Assembly (NCBI GenBank): GCA_965240325.2
Contig: OZ251223.1
Coordinates: forward strand, 1,364,001 to 1,428,000
Direction of reading: 5' to 3'
Length of the DNA stretch: 64,000 nucleotides
Origin: Rebecca billardiae RCC1528
Lineage: Eukaryota; Protista; Haptophyta
How positions within the stretch are numbered: the first letter of the stretch is position 1; each line of letters starts with the position of its first letter. This document shows positions 52,858 through 64,000 of the stretch, piece by piece. The notes beneath the pieces are model-generated. The model was not told the DNA's origin, did not search any database, and saw only the letters and a program-made list of their open reading frames with translations. A program made the translations under genes and the position numbers.

Positions 52858-54806
52858 GGTGGGTCCCTGGCGATTTTCCAGCGGTCTTTTAAACATTTAC
52901 CGGGTTTTATGGCCGGATTTCTTTTCGCGCGGAGCGCGGCTCGGGAAAATCGCCGGGCCGCCGGCCGGGGTCCCGATCTGAACGCTCCCGACGATGTCGG
53001 AGCGCCTCTCCAGCGCGACCGAGCCGCCGTGTGTCGGGTAGACTACTGCCAACACCTATCGCGCGCTCCAGCGCTTTGCGCGTGCTCACGGATGGGATCC
53101 GTGGTCACACATCCCCCGCCTGGCACGGGCCGGCATGTTTGACTCTCGCCCGGCTAGACGCGTACAGACAACTTGAATCGATCGGCAGGTGTTCGACCCG
53201 TGCCTTCGAGCAGGGTCACTTTTCGCTACAAGCGGGTCAGGCGACGGGAGGCATGGGTCACCATCAGGCATGTGCATACTCTTGACGCTCCCGCCATCTT
53301 GAGCAGCTCTACGCACCGTGAAGGTGACAATTGGGCTGCGCGCAAGCTGCTCGTGAGAACGCACGACAGCCAGCCCCGGGCTCTCGGGGAGCCATGTGAG
53401 CGATTGGCGACTTCCGAGAGGGCGTGTTTGGTGGGGGTTGGTACCAATAATCGACCAGCAGGCCTGGGATGGGTGCACTGAGGACTTGGGATGCTAAGAA
53501 GCCGCCGCGATGTGCATCGAGCACGCTGACTTGCCATCCGTGTGCACGATCAAGCGCCAGGAAGATCAGCAGGGCCTTTGACAGCGGCAGCAGGCGCTCA
53601 GCGATCCTTCCCTATGCCGAGTGTGGGCATAATATGCGGTGCTCGAGCGTGGTCGCAGGATATGGGTCCATTCTTGACAGAACTCGGTCGCGTTGACAGG
53701 CGCGGGTGCCACCCCACGCTGTTGCTCCTGCCATCGGGTGGTCCCACTCGTTCCGCTTGTTATCTGCGAAGACTCGTACTCAGCAAATCTACGGCTAGGC
53801 GTGGTAGACCCCTCAGACGCATGTCTGATGATTGCCCGGCACGTTCTCGTCGTCACGTTGGGTGTACTTGAGCGAGCGGAAGCCGCAACGTGATGGCTAG
53901 GCCAGCAGCTCAACCATCTGACGTCTCGCCGGCCAACTGGCTGAGTGCTCTCAGCCTAGCAGCAGCGTCGGTGAACCTATCGTATTGCTGCCTGGCAAGA
54001 AGATTGTAGGAGGTATCGTCCACGGCATGGGCTGCAGCTGCGGTAGTCGTGGACTGGTGGCGGCCTCACGCGGGTGGGCATACGACGACCGGTGACACGC
54101 TGAGTACGAGCACGGAAGCCGCCGAGCGCGGCAAGCTCCGGCGGTGGCGTTGGCTGATAGTCCAGCCTCGACGGCGGAGGGCTCCCGTGTGACGACGGTG
54201 ACATGCTCGGTGGCGGGCGATGATGCGTGCCTCGGCACGCAGCCCGCCACAAACACTGCCACTCGCAGGCAGTCCCGTTGCGGCCCGGTTTGCCTGTGTC
54301 CGCGTCGCTCGGCGCCTATTCGATGACCCAACAAACGTACCCACATATCGGAACGAATTTGAATATATAGTGAGCCACATCCATGGTCAATATAAAGTGG
54401 GTAACCGTCGTTATATATACGGGTAATTGGCTATATACAAAGTGGGTAATCTGCTCGATCTTGCTGTAGTTTGTTGGAGGTATCCGCGCACGGCATAGAG
54501 CCCCACTCTTTGCTTCATAAAATGGTTCGGTCGGGTGTCAACGGTTGCCAATAAGTCATTCCGATCGCATGTCGCCATCTAGCCACCATAACTATCAAGT
54601 AACGCTTCGCAAAATCTCTATGTGACACTAGTGGCGCGGCGCGCGCGCGCTCGGCCGCGCGACGGCACGCGGAGTAGGATTTGAGGTCGAAACTTTTGCT
54701 CCGCCCCGATGGGACGCATTTATAGCGTCGATTCTGGGTGAGAGACGAAATCTAGGACGCCATTCTGAGTGCGCCAGAATATCGCCCCAGTTGGGAGGGA
54801 CCCACC
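52858..54806. mobile_element. Degenerate TIR element flanked by TA
   Basis: ta|ggtgggtccct ... agggacccacc|ta, with a second matching block ggcgattttc / gaatatcgcc just inside. No recognisable transposase. Confidence 0.6.
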
Positions 54807-55567
54807 TAGAAGTAGGTGAACAACGACGAGTAATAATAACGGGCTAACAAGTGCGCGCGCGGGCCCGACGTCGGATGAGTCGTCGGAACGAATAGGCGGA
54901 ATAACGTCCTGGAATCGGCACGACTCGGCGGCGCGCCACGGCCCGCCGGTACTACTACACGGTCCGATAGTTATACCGCCGTTATTATAGCAGTACGTAC
55001 GCGGCCGTATAGTCGACGACCGGTAGTCGTCGTCGCCGAGCGATCATTCGCGGCGAATCAACACGCGCGGCTCACCGCCCGGCAAAACAAGCGTTGCACT
55101 CCACGCTGTGATCCTCTGGCCCGGTCTTGAGGACGTCGCCGCATAACTCCATCAGCTCAAATGCGACCTGCGGGAGGTGAAAACGGCACATGCCGCGGAC
55201 GCCAGGCCCGAACGACATGATGAGCTTGCCCGCCGCGGACCGGCCCGCCACCACCCTTTTGATGTGCATCCGGCCGATCGACTGCGCAGCGAGTCTGGCC
55301 ACGCAGAGGCAGCGTCGTGAAAGGCGTCGCCATCGTCTTCATCCATGTCACCGTCACCGTCGCAAGAGCCGTGGTGAGCGCCTATAGGAAGGCCGGCGAC
55401 CCCAACCTGCGGCGCGACGCAAGCCCGGCGGGCCTGCCGTGTACAGTACAGTGGCCGGGCCCGCATCACAGAGCTGCAGTGTTGGTCGGCTGGAGTTGAA
55501 TACGATGCCTGGTCTTTCAGCCCATCTTCCAATCCCCAATCCCACTTGAGTTGCGACCATCGCCAGC

Positions 55568-56289
55568 CCAAGGGCCGTAAGGGCACCCAACTCCCAGTGC
55601 GGAGGTTGGGGCGCCTCTGTTGTGCTCGCCTCCGTGAGTGCCCGCGGTGAGTGGCCCGTCGCCGAAGACGCGGGAGGCGAGGGTGCGGGCATGACGGGGC
55701 GCCGCGGCGGGCGGCGCGCGGCGGGCGGCGCGCGGCGGGCGAGGCGGACAGTGCTGATGGCGAGGCGGAGGTGGAGGCGGAGGTGGGGGCGAGCCGAGCG
55801 CAGCTCGGCTGAGGCCACCGGACGCGCGACGAGTCGAGCAGCCGACCGCCGGGAACGGAAGTGAGTCAGGCGGACATGGAGGCTGCCCGTAGGGGCCTAC
55901 AAGCCAAAGTGCGGGCGGGCGCCCACGCTTGCCCCTGCGTGCCCGGTGCAAGCAGCCCGAGCGCTCCGTTTGCTGCTGGCGCGCACGGCACGAGTGAGCT
56001 CGCGCGCCGCGTTGGCAACTGCCGATTGCACGGGCCGAGAGGCGAAAGAGGCGAGCCTGGCGGACTCACGCGCGTGTCAGGAGAGCCTTGACCCGCGCCG
56101 CTCAGCGGCGAGCCGTCCGGGTTCGGCATCGCCGCCAGTCATCCAGGCAGAGCGCTCGACGTCGCGCCCTCGCGCAGCGTTTGAAGCACGCCGGCCGGAC
56201 GCGAGTCGCGAGGCCACGAGACAGACAGAGGCACCTCAACCTCCGAGCTGGCCGCACTACTGGGAGTTGGGTACCCTTACGGCCCTTGG
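55568..56289. mobile_element. MITE-like element with about 55-65 bp imperfect TIRs and a 5-bp flanking duplication (ccagc)
   Basis: ccaagggccgtaagggcacccaactcccagt... versus ...actgggagttgggtacccttacggcccttgg. ccagc at 55563-55567 and 56290-56294. Confidence 0.6.
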
Positions 56290-57227
56290 CCAGCCGCCGT
56301 CTTCGCCATCAGCGTCGGCGGCTAGCTGCCTTGAACCTCACGGAGCCAGCGAGCCAGCGGCTCCCCTTCGCTTTGACGCGCTCTACTCGAGTCTCGACCC
56401 GAAGCCCTTCCGCTCGCAAGCGATCTCGTCCAGGCCTCGTGGAGGTGGAGAAGGACACAAAAAAGGAGCGAAGATTGCTGAGATGCTAAGGAGATTGCGG
56501 CCAAGCCATCATGCCTTCCGGGATGACCATTGGCTCGTTTTCTTCCTGATTCCAGTCTTTCGCCTGATGGTATTGAGATAATATGTCTCACTTTGGCGAC
56601 CGCTCATTTTTCGATCCCCCCCCAACCGACCAATGGGAAGGCGGAGCCGCGACTCGCTCTGAAAATGCGTGAATTGTTTCGCGGTCTGGCGGACCGGCCC
56701 GTGGAAAAACGCAGCGGGCCGACTCAGGCGGTTGTTACAGTTCCATATAGCGATGATGGCGGGTCGCGCAGTCGTTCGTTTCCACTCTCATAACTGCTGA
56801 TGTCATGTTTCGACTGTGTACGGTCGCACGGTTGTCGGTTCATCGGTTGTCAGGGCAAGGGAAACAAGGTGTCAGGGCGGCCAGTTCAGTTCCGCGCCTG
56901 AGCCGAGCAGCTGGTCACACCGTGCACGCCGATCTGCCGGCAGAGCGTCGGCCTTGCTCACGCAAGGCAGCGCAGACGGTGTGTGCCAATGACGGCGAGC
57001 GCTTCCGCGAGCGCGATGCGCGCGAGAGCCCACCGGAATGCGGCCGAGAGGCGCAGGGGATCGACGGCCCACCATGGAATAGTCGGGAGAACGCGCCATC
57101 GCCATCGCCGATTCAACCCTGCTTTTTATTTTGTTTTTCGTCGGATGATTTATTGTGACCATCCAAGGCCGGAGCGGCGGCGCGCGCGCGACGGGGGAGT
57201 GTCAGTCGTGGCCGTCACGAGCCGACG

Positions 57228-58253
57228 ATGTCCAAGCTGAGCGCGAAGGAGGCGGCAGAGCGGCACGCAGCGTCAGCGACGAAGGAGGCCGAGCACCTCA
57301 AGTCGCTCTTCGACCAGCAGCGCGCCGCCGCACGCGAAAAAACGGAGCGAGCGAGCGTGAAGACGATCGATGAGGGCTTTGACGTTGGTGGGGGTGGCGT
57401 GCATGATGCACTCGCAGCGCGCACCGTGGGCCTGAAGAAGCGCGAAGACTACACGCGGGAGCGGGAGCAACTCGAGCGCGAGGAGCAGGAGCGGAGCGCG
57501 CGCGAGGCTGCGGCGGCATCCGCCGGGCCCACCTCGCCCACGCCAAGTGGTGGCACGAAGAAGAAGAAGAAGAAGAAAGCGGGGGCCGGCGTGGCGCTTT
57601 CCTTCGAGCTGGACGAGGAGGGCGACGAAGGCGCCGACGGGGAGGAATCCGCGCCCAAGCTACAGAAGGTGCGCAAAAACCCCTCGGTCGACACCGGCTT
57701 CCTGCCCGACCGCGAGCGCGATGCCGCGGAGCAGGAGATGCGCAAGAAGCTGCAGGAGCAGTGGGAGGCGGAGCAGAGCAAGATCAAGGCGGAGGAGATC
57801 GATGTGACGTACTCCTACTGGGACGGCGCGGGGCACCGTTTCACCACCCGCGTCACCAAGGGCACAACGATCGGCGGCTTCCTCAACAAGTGCAGGCAGC
57901 AGGTCAAGCAGCTGCGGAACGCGCCGGTCGACCAGCTGATGTTCATCAAGGAGGACATCATCCTGCCGCAGACGATCTCGTTCTACGAGCTCATCGTGAA
58001 CAAGGCGCGCGGCAAGTCTGGGCCGCTCTTCTGCTTCGACGTACACGACGACGTGCGACTCACCAATGACGCGCGCGTCGAGAAGGACGAGACGCACGCC
58101 GGCAAGGTGGTGGAGAAGCGGTGGTACGAGCACAACAAGGAGAAATTCCCCGCGTCGCGCTGGGAGGTGTACGACCCGAGCAAGACATTCGATTCGTACA
58201 CCATTCACGGCAGCGAGAACTTTGGGATGGGGGTACACACACAGCTGATCTGA
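57228..58253 (+). CDS. XAP5: XAP5/FAM50 family nuclear protein (XAP5 circadian timekeeper-like)
   Basis: [91 protein letters not shown]. Confidence 0.96.
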   Translation: MSKLSAKEAAERHAASATKEAEHLKSLFDQQRAAAREKTERASVKTIDEGFDVGGGGVHDALAARTVGLKKREDYTREREQLEREEQERSAREAAAASAGPTSPTPSGGTKKKKKKKAGAGVALSFELDEEGDEGADGEESAPKLQKVRKNPSVDTGFLPDRERDAAEQEMRKKLQEQWEAEQSKIKAEEIDVTYSYWDGAGHRFTTRVTKGTTIGGFLNKCRQQVKQLRNAPVDQLMFIKEDIILPQTISFYELIVNKARGKSGPLFCFDVHDDVRLTNDARVEKDETHAGKVVEKRWYEHNKEKFPASRWEVYDPSKTFDSYTIHGSENFGMGVHTQLI

Positions 58254-58376
58254 GGTCGATCCACTGGCCGCATCGATCCACGCTGGCAGCACACTGCACT
58301 CTATGCCGGCCGCGGGCCTGGATCGTCGCAGGCTACTCAGTATCAGTATGGCGGATTCCACTGAGTCATCTCACTT

Positions 58377-59666
58377 ATGGCCCGCGGTGCAGGGCGGAGC
58401 GCGCAGCGTGGAGCCCGCACCAGCGGGCCCGAACCACGTTTCAAAAAGATCTTTGATCAGCAAGAAAAAAGGGACGGGGGGCGGCGGAAAAAAAGGGACG
58501 GGGGGCGATTTTTAGGGCTGGCGGAGACCGAGTTTCGAGTTTTTGAGATCGCATTGAGAGGTCTATCAGGCCAAAAAAAACCGCGCCCAGCTGATTCCCT
58601 TAAGTAAAGTGCGATCTGGACGTCAGCTGGACGTGACATTAGTGTAACGGTTCGTTACGAGCGAATCGTACTCGTCTTCCCGGATCGCGTGACGTCCGGA
58701 CTGGGCCACATCCGGATCGTCGGAGGTGACGTGCCCCGGCACGATGGGCGATGGCGGATATGCGGGACGGCGCCTGCACGTGCCTCCGGACCCGCCTCCC
58801 GCTTGCTGCTCACGCAGTCAGCTGCGACCGTGGCGCATGATCGCAGAAGCAGTGCCGGCAGTACGGCCTGCATCAGCTAGTGCCGCGCCGTCGTGGCGCG
58901 CGCGGTACGGTTGCGCGTTTGCAGCGCTCGCCGGTCGGCGACGGCACGCGCGTGCGGCTCAGGTGTGTCAAATGCGGTCTCGTCGGCGCGCTTTCGCCTG
59001 CCACCTCGTGCACCCGTGCCGCCAGTTTCATCGTCTTCATGAGGACTGCTGCTGCTGTCGCCATCCGCTCTCCATCACCCCGAGTCGCCGGTCGCGCGGC
59101 GCGCGCGGTAGGCACTAGGCAGGGCGTACGGTCACTCACCCGTGCAACGGGTCAAGTGGCCAGAGTACGTCTGGTCGTTGGCTGGCACGGGCCGCAGCGC
59201 TAAAGCACCCTGCTGTCACACCCGACTCCTTCAGTACTCCGAGCTCCGCGGCACGACTCACTCGGCACGATCGCGGACGGGTCGGATCCGAGCTGATCAG
59301 CCAGAGTTGGACACAGTTTGGCAGCTACTAGTAGTAATTCCGATGCCGATGGCACGATCGCGGACGGGTCGGATCCGAGCTGATCAGCCAGTTGGACATT
59401 TGGCAGCTAGTTGTCAGACAGACGTCCGATTTGACGACCGGTGCCGGGTGCGGTCTCAGGTCCGCTGCTGTGATTGTGTGAATAAGTGTGAATGAGTCTC
59501 GCGGTCGCGCAGGCAGGGCGACGGTCGGACTAATATAGCTTCAGTCATCTCAGAACCGACTTCAACTGGCGAACTGCCACTACGGCGGAGAGCCGCGATT
59601 GCACGGCCACCGCGGGCCCCCAACTGCGTTGATTCTATGCAGAAAAGGACCGCGGAACGCGGTCAT
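58377..59666 (+). mobile_element. Helitron2/Helentron-like element, family B, copy 2 (diverged, different interior)
   Basis: Same 5' end as copies 1 and 3. Inverted copy caccgcgggcc at 59608-59618, then the perfect hairpin gaccgcg-gaa-cgcggtc at 59648-59664. Internal 40-bp direct repeat at about 59263 and 59351. Confidence 0.7.
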
Positions 59667-60597
59667 ATGGCGCTTGATGATGACTTGTGCTTGTCGTCAT
59701 CATGTATACATATCGTCTGGCTAGTAGTACTACTGTACGCGCGCTGATGATGACTGCTCGGCTAGCTGCAATGACAGCGCGCCTCATCACTTGCGCATCA
59801 TTGATTGGCCGCGGCGCGGTAGTTCTACTACTACTGTAGTAGCGCTATCTCTCGGTCGTCTGAAATTGTGATGATGACACTGATGATCATCCGCTGCCAA
59901 TTATCAGCTAGCACATATCGCTCGGGCGATAGGCATCGCATGCAATCCGACTGCTGCTTGAGACTCAGAGGCACTACAGCCAGCAACATAATAAATACAA
60001 CGACGCTGACTCTGATGACTGATGATGCTGCTATGTTCAAGATAAATGTCGTCGTTATGTAGTGACGATGTACTTAGCTATACATCTGACAGCGCGCCGC
60101 TCATCAGCTCATCAATAAGTGATCATAGCTGACGGATCACATGATGGCATCGTCATCAGCCGTTGAAACGTGCATCATCTAATCGTCTATCACGTATCAG
60201 GCGGCTCAGCAGAACTTCATTGGCAACAAAATGTAATAATACCGCCAACACGGGTCTGCTGGCCCGGGACCATCAGCATGCCGCATGGCCAGTTCGGACG
60301 GTGCCGCACAAGCGGATCAGGTGCCTACTACTTTCATCAATCAGTCTCGTCACCCGGCCATCGTGCGCTTGGCCCGATTCGGATCAGGACCCTACCTGGC
60401 AGGTGCCACCTTACACAAGTCATGATGATGGATTTCGCCACTGCTCGCATACTGCCTGTATCCGTGTTTCGTCACCAGGTGCAGCAGCATCGTACTTCGT
60501 ATTGTAGCCAGTCAGCGGAGTTAGCAATATGCTCGAAACGATGAATCGTCGCAAAACACATAATGTCATCCAACCCATCGCCGTCGTGGTATAGTAG

Positions 60598-61629
60598 TCA
60601 AACAACCGCCTCGATCTCCGCCACAGGCACCATCGGAGTCACCATCGGTATCATAGCAGGAGGCGCGTGCTGATGGGGCTGGTGCACTCGGCTGCTTGCG
60701 TCGTCATCAGGATGAGAAGGAGTGGCGTTGGTAATAGCCGGCACACTGCTGTCGGCTTGATACTTGATGCCATCCGCCTGGTCCTGGATTACGCGCAGAA
60801 GGTACGGCTGCGCGATAAAGAAGAGATGCAGTCCGACAGCCGTCCAGCACCACACCGATGCCGCCTCCATCGACGTGTCGAACGAGAACAGCACCGCAGT
60901 GAACACGACGAGATAGAACGCAACAGCCCCGGAGACGAGCATCAATGGACGTGCCCAGAGACAGGCGACGCCCAGGAGGAAGTAGGGGTATGCGTTGGGC
61001 ATCATGTACGACGCAGACATCTTCCACACCCAATGCAAGTGCCCTGCGTGCGTGCGCATCGGGGGTGTGTGAGGCGCGCGTGAGCTGGCGGCGCGCACAC
61101 CCGCGCGACAGCTTAAGTGCCCGTGCGCACCGTGCAGTCCGACGTACGAGCACGTGCTGAGGCCGTGCATGCCCAGGTAGTGCGAGCTCTTAATACTGTG
61201 GATGTGATGTTCGAACATCTCTCCCGCAGCGAGGGCAGCGACGAGGAAGACGGCCGTGACGAGTGCAAGGTGCTGTGGGATGCGCAAGAGGTCGCGGTTC
61301 TTCACGTCGCCCGTGTGCCGGCAGGCGAAGACCACGATGAAGGGCTGCCAGAAGACGACAACTCCGGCAAAGCGCGTGAGGTGACGATTACGTGCGGTGC
61401 ACGTCGAGTGCATGGCGTCACCGATCGCGGCGATGTTGTCGCCGTCCGCCCAGATCCCCGCCTCGATGGCCTCGATGAGGAAGATCGACACGAGGAGGGG
61501 GAGCACGTAGCGCTGATGAGCGACGGTCGGATCGGTGGGGCTACGGATGCAGCAGCGCCACGCGAGGAAGCTGAGGCAGACGAGCTCGAAAGAGGCGAAT
61601 GCGATCGAGACGGGCAGTGACCAGCACAT
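60598..61629 (-). CDS. Multi-pass membrane protein resembling DUF5765, with a probable in-frame 87-bp intron (61044-61130)
   Basis: MCWS start, EAGIW..C..N..LT..QP, CS..GHLHW, SVWCW and 6-7 hydrophobic segments. The GT..CAG low-complexity insert interrupts HG|HLHW. Confidence 0.7.
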   Translation of the reverse strand: MCWSLPVSIAFASFELVCLSFLAWRCCIRSPTDPTVAHQRYVLPLLVSIFLIEAIEAGIWADGDNIAAIGDAMHSTCTARNRHLTRFAGVVVFWQPFIVVFACRHTGDVKNRDLLRIPQHLALVTAVFLVAALAAGEMFEHHIHSIKSSHYLGMHGLSTCSYVGLHGAHGHLSCRAGVRAASSRAPHTPPMRTHAGHLHWVWKMSASYMMPNAYPYFLLGVACLWARPLMLVSGAVAFYLVVFTAVLFSFDTSMEAASVWCWTAVGLHLFFIAQPYLLRVIQDQADGIKYQADSSVPAITNATPSHPDDDASSRVHQPHQHAPPAMIPMVTPMVPVAEIEAVV

Positions 61630-61831
61630 TGCCGTCGAGCGGGGTGAGCGATGAGACGGGATGGAGGCGAGCTTGGCCTATCCGTCGTGCGGCTTGAGTG
61701 GTGTCTTTCGCGCCATCAAGCCCAGCCGGAGCCGGCCAAACTGATCTCCAGATCTCCAGATCGACCTCCAGATTCACGACACGTCACACCGAGACGTCAC
61801 GAACGGCTGCGTTGATCCTTGGGATCCACCG

Positions 61832-63343
61832 ATGCACGATGCCGCCGGCGAGAAGTTGCTCCTGGCGGACGAGCGCGCGCCGGGAGCGGAGGTGAGGCGT
61901 GGCTCGGCGGCGCAACGTGCGGCCGAGAAGCTCAGAAGACGAGGCTGCCATTGCCTGTGGATCACGGCGCTCGGTGCGTGCGTGCTCGTTCTGGTCTCGC
62001 GCATGGGCGTCACGGCCGGGATTGACGAGCTCCCATACCCGCCGCCGGGCGTTCCGCCGGAGGAGCGCGTCCGCGGCGTCAGCCTCGGCGGCTGGCTCCT
62101 TCTGGAGCCCTTCATCACGCCTGGGCTCTTTGACCGCGCCAACGCGCTGCTGGAGGCGAGATACAGCCGCAGCGCAGCAGAGCGGCCGCGGGGCTGCGAG
62201 CGCATCATCGACCAGTGGTCGCTGCACGCATGCCTCGGACACAACGCGTCGTTGCAGCTGGTCGCGCCGCACTGGAGCTCGTTCGTCCAGCGTGACGATC
62301 TGCGCACTCTGCGCGACGCCGGCATCAACGTGATCCGCGTGCCCGTGCCGTACTGGCTCGTCGACATCGACGCGGACGCCGGGGAGCCGTGGTGCGGCCT
62401 ATCCGAGATGCAGCTCGCGTTCCGGCGCGTGCTTGGGTGGGCGGTGGAGCTCGGCCTCAAGGTCTTCGTCGATCTGCATGGCGCGCCAGGGAGCCAGAAC
62501 GGCTTCGACAACTCGGGCCAGCACGGAGCCACGCGCTGGCAGGCGTCCGGCGAGGGCGGGCTGCCCAACGTGGCGCGGACGCTCGTCGTGTGGCGGAGGC
62601 TCGCGCGGCTGCTGCGCGAGTTCGCCGCGTCCGCGGACGTGGAGGTCTCGGACGTGCTCGCGGGGCTCGAGGTGATCAACGAGGCGCCGTGCTTCGAGGA
62701 CGAGATCGACCGCGACGTGCTTCGCGCCTTCCTCGTCGACGTGTACTTCCAGCTGCGCGCGGATCTCGGCTCCGAGATCGTGCCCATCTATCTGCACGAC
62801 TGCTTCTTCCCGCACGACTGGTCCGACTTCATGCGCGGGCCGCGCTTCCGTAACGTCTTGCTCGACCGGCACGAGTACCAGGTCTTCGACGTGGGCCAGC
62901 AGCGCTGGCCCCGCGAGGAGCACCTGCGGCTCACGTGCGAGCAGGGCTTCTCAGTCGCGCAGGACCAGGCGAGCCACGGAACGATTGTCGGCGAGTTCTC
63001 GGTCGCGGTGAACGACTGCGACCGCTACCTGAATGGGTGGGGGCAGGGCTCGCGGTTCGAGGGCACGCCGCCGTTCTCCAACGAGCGCGTCGGCTCGTGT
63101 GACCCGTACCGCAACGCGTCGCTCTTCACGCCGGAGTACAAGCGCTTCCTGCTGGAGTACGCCGAGCTGCAGATGATGTCGTGGGACCGCGGCGTCGGCT
63201 GGATCTTCTGGAACTTCAAGACGGAGGGAGGCAGCGCGCCGCACTTCGACTACCTGCTCGGGCTGAAGCACGGCTACCTCCCGCCCGTCGCGGGCGAGTA
63301 CTCCTCGTCCTGCCCCGCGAGCATGCGCCGCACCATGGTATGA
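61832..63343 (+). CDS. Glycoside hydrolase family 5 exo-beta-1,3-glucanase (EXG-like) with N-terminal membrane anchor
   Basis: VRGVSLGGWLLLEPFITP, IRVPVPYW, DLHGAPGSQNGFDNSG, catalytic INE and VGEFS, GWIFWNFK. Confidence 0.95.
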   Translation: MHDAAGEKLLLADERAPGAEVRRGSAAQRAAEKLRRRGCHCLWITALGACVLVLVSRMGVTAGIDELPYPPPGVPPEERVRGVSLGGWLLLEPFITPGLFDRANALLEARYSRSAAERPRGCERIIDQWSLHACLGHNASLQLVAPHWSSFVQRDDLRTLRDAGINVIRVPVPYWLVDIDADAGEPWCGLSEMQLAFRRVLGWAVELGLKVFVDLHGAPGSQNGFDNSGQHGATRWQASGEGGLPNVARTLVVWRRLARLLREFAASADVEVSDVLAGLEVINEAPCFEDEIDRDVLRAFLVDVYFQLRADLGSEIVPIYLHDCFFPHDWSDFMRGPRFRNVLLDRHEYQVFDVGQQRWPREEHLRLTCEQGFSVAQDQASHGTIVGEFSVAVNDCDRYLNGWGQGSRFEGTPPFSNERVGSCDPYRNASLFTPEYKRFLLEYAELQMMSWDRGVGWIFWNFKTEGGSAPHFDYLLGLKHGYLPPVAGEYSSSCPASMRRTMV

Positions 63344-63391
63344 CAGCGACAGCCCGGGACGCCGGCTCATTGCTTACGCGCCGTTATTATT

Positions 63392-64000
63392 ATGGCCCGC
63401 GGTGCAGGGCGGAGCGCGTAGCGTGGAGCCCCACCGGGGGCCCTCACTACGTTGTCAAAAAGATCTTTTGATCAAAGAAAAGGGGACGGGGGACGATTTT
63501 TAGGGTTGTTGGAGGGTGAGTTTTCGATTTTTTGAGGGGTACGGTACAATGCTGTCCATCCCAAGCTTAAAAGGCCGCGCCCGGGTCATTTCGCGTATGT
63601 CGTTGGACGGCCGTCACATTGTCAGTAAACGAATCTGCGCCATTGTGGTAATGCCCGGGGCCGGACTCCGCCCAGCACCAGACAACAGTGATCCACTCCG
63701 GACTGGGCGGTCCGGCGATCGCTCCCGGCGATGAGTCGATGACCAGTGGACCTCTCGACCCGCAGTCAAACGCCGGCGACGCGGCGCGGGCGCGCAAGAC
63801 AGATCAGAAATCCTGATTCCTGGACGCGCACGCGAACCGGCTCGGCATGCGGAACGCGTTGATGCGCTTGGGGACGCACGACATCGGGCCGTTCTGAAAC
63901 GACACCGGGCGAAACTCTACCGCGTGCACGCGCGGACCGGCGGACCGCAGGCCGCGGCGTGACGACTGCGACACTGCGCGACGCGAAGGAGCAGGTGCTG
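63392..64000 (+). mobile_element. Helitron2/Helentron-like element, family B, copy 3 (truncated by window end)
   Basis: Nearly identical to the reverse complement of about 31825-32404. Confidence 0.85.

Noticed and set aside
55072-55302. 76-aa minus-strand ORF that looks like a protein C-terminus
   Set aside because: No ATG or recognisable domain, and the upstream region is disrupted by the MITE-like element. Unsupported as a gene.

Overview
Very GC-rich eukaryotic nuclear DNA with compact, mostly intronless genes, short GC-rich GT-AG introns, tight divergent gene pairs and (TA)n/(GA)n microsatellites. The style suggests a haptophyte-like alga such as Pavlovales, but this is an inference. 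About 20 protein-coding genes are supported: two tandem Sel1-repeat/MYND genes, PP2C, a NEK kinase, three sulfotransferase-fold genes, a SET-domain protein, a GT-B-like glycosyltransferase, a P2X receptor with an IQ tail, F-box/RCC1, MER3/HFM1, an LRR protein, an NTT/TLC carrier, GT34, XAP5/FAM50, a DUF5765-like membrane protein and a GH5 exo-glucanase. Between them are many non-autonomous mobile elements: two Helitron2/Helentron-like families with asymmetric inverted repeats and a terminal hairpin, two long-TIR foldback elements (one carries an intact gene, the other duplicated the start codon of a sulfotransferase), two shorter TIR elements and a dispersed G-rich UUCG-hairpin repeat. The best candidates for new biology are (i) tandem Sel1 arrays with a near-invariant DNA framework, hypervariable positions and a constant MYND tail, resembling a diversified receptor system, (ii) a 64-bp hairpin array with compensatory substitutions, and (iii) transposon-linked glycan-modifying genes. 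No database searches were run. Family assignments come from motif recognition.
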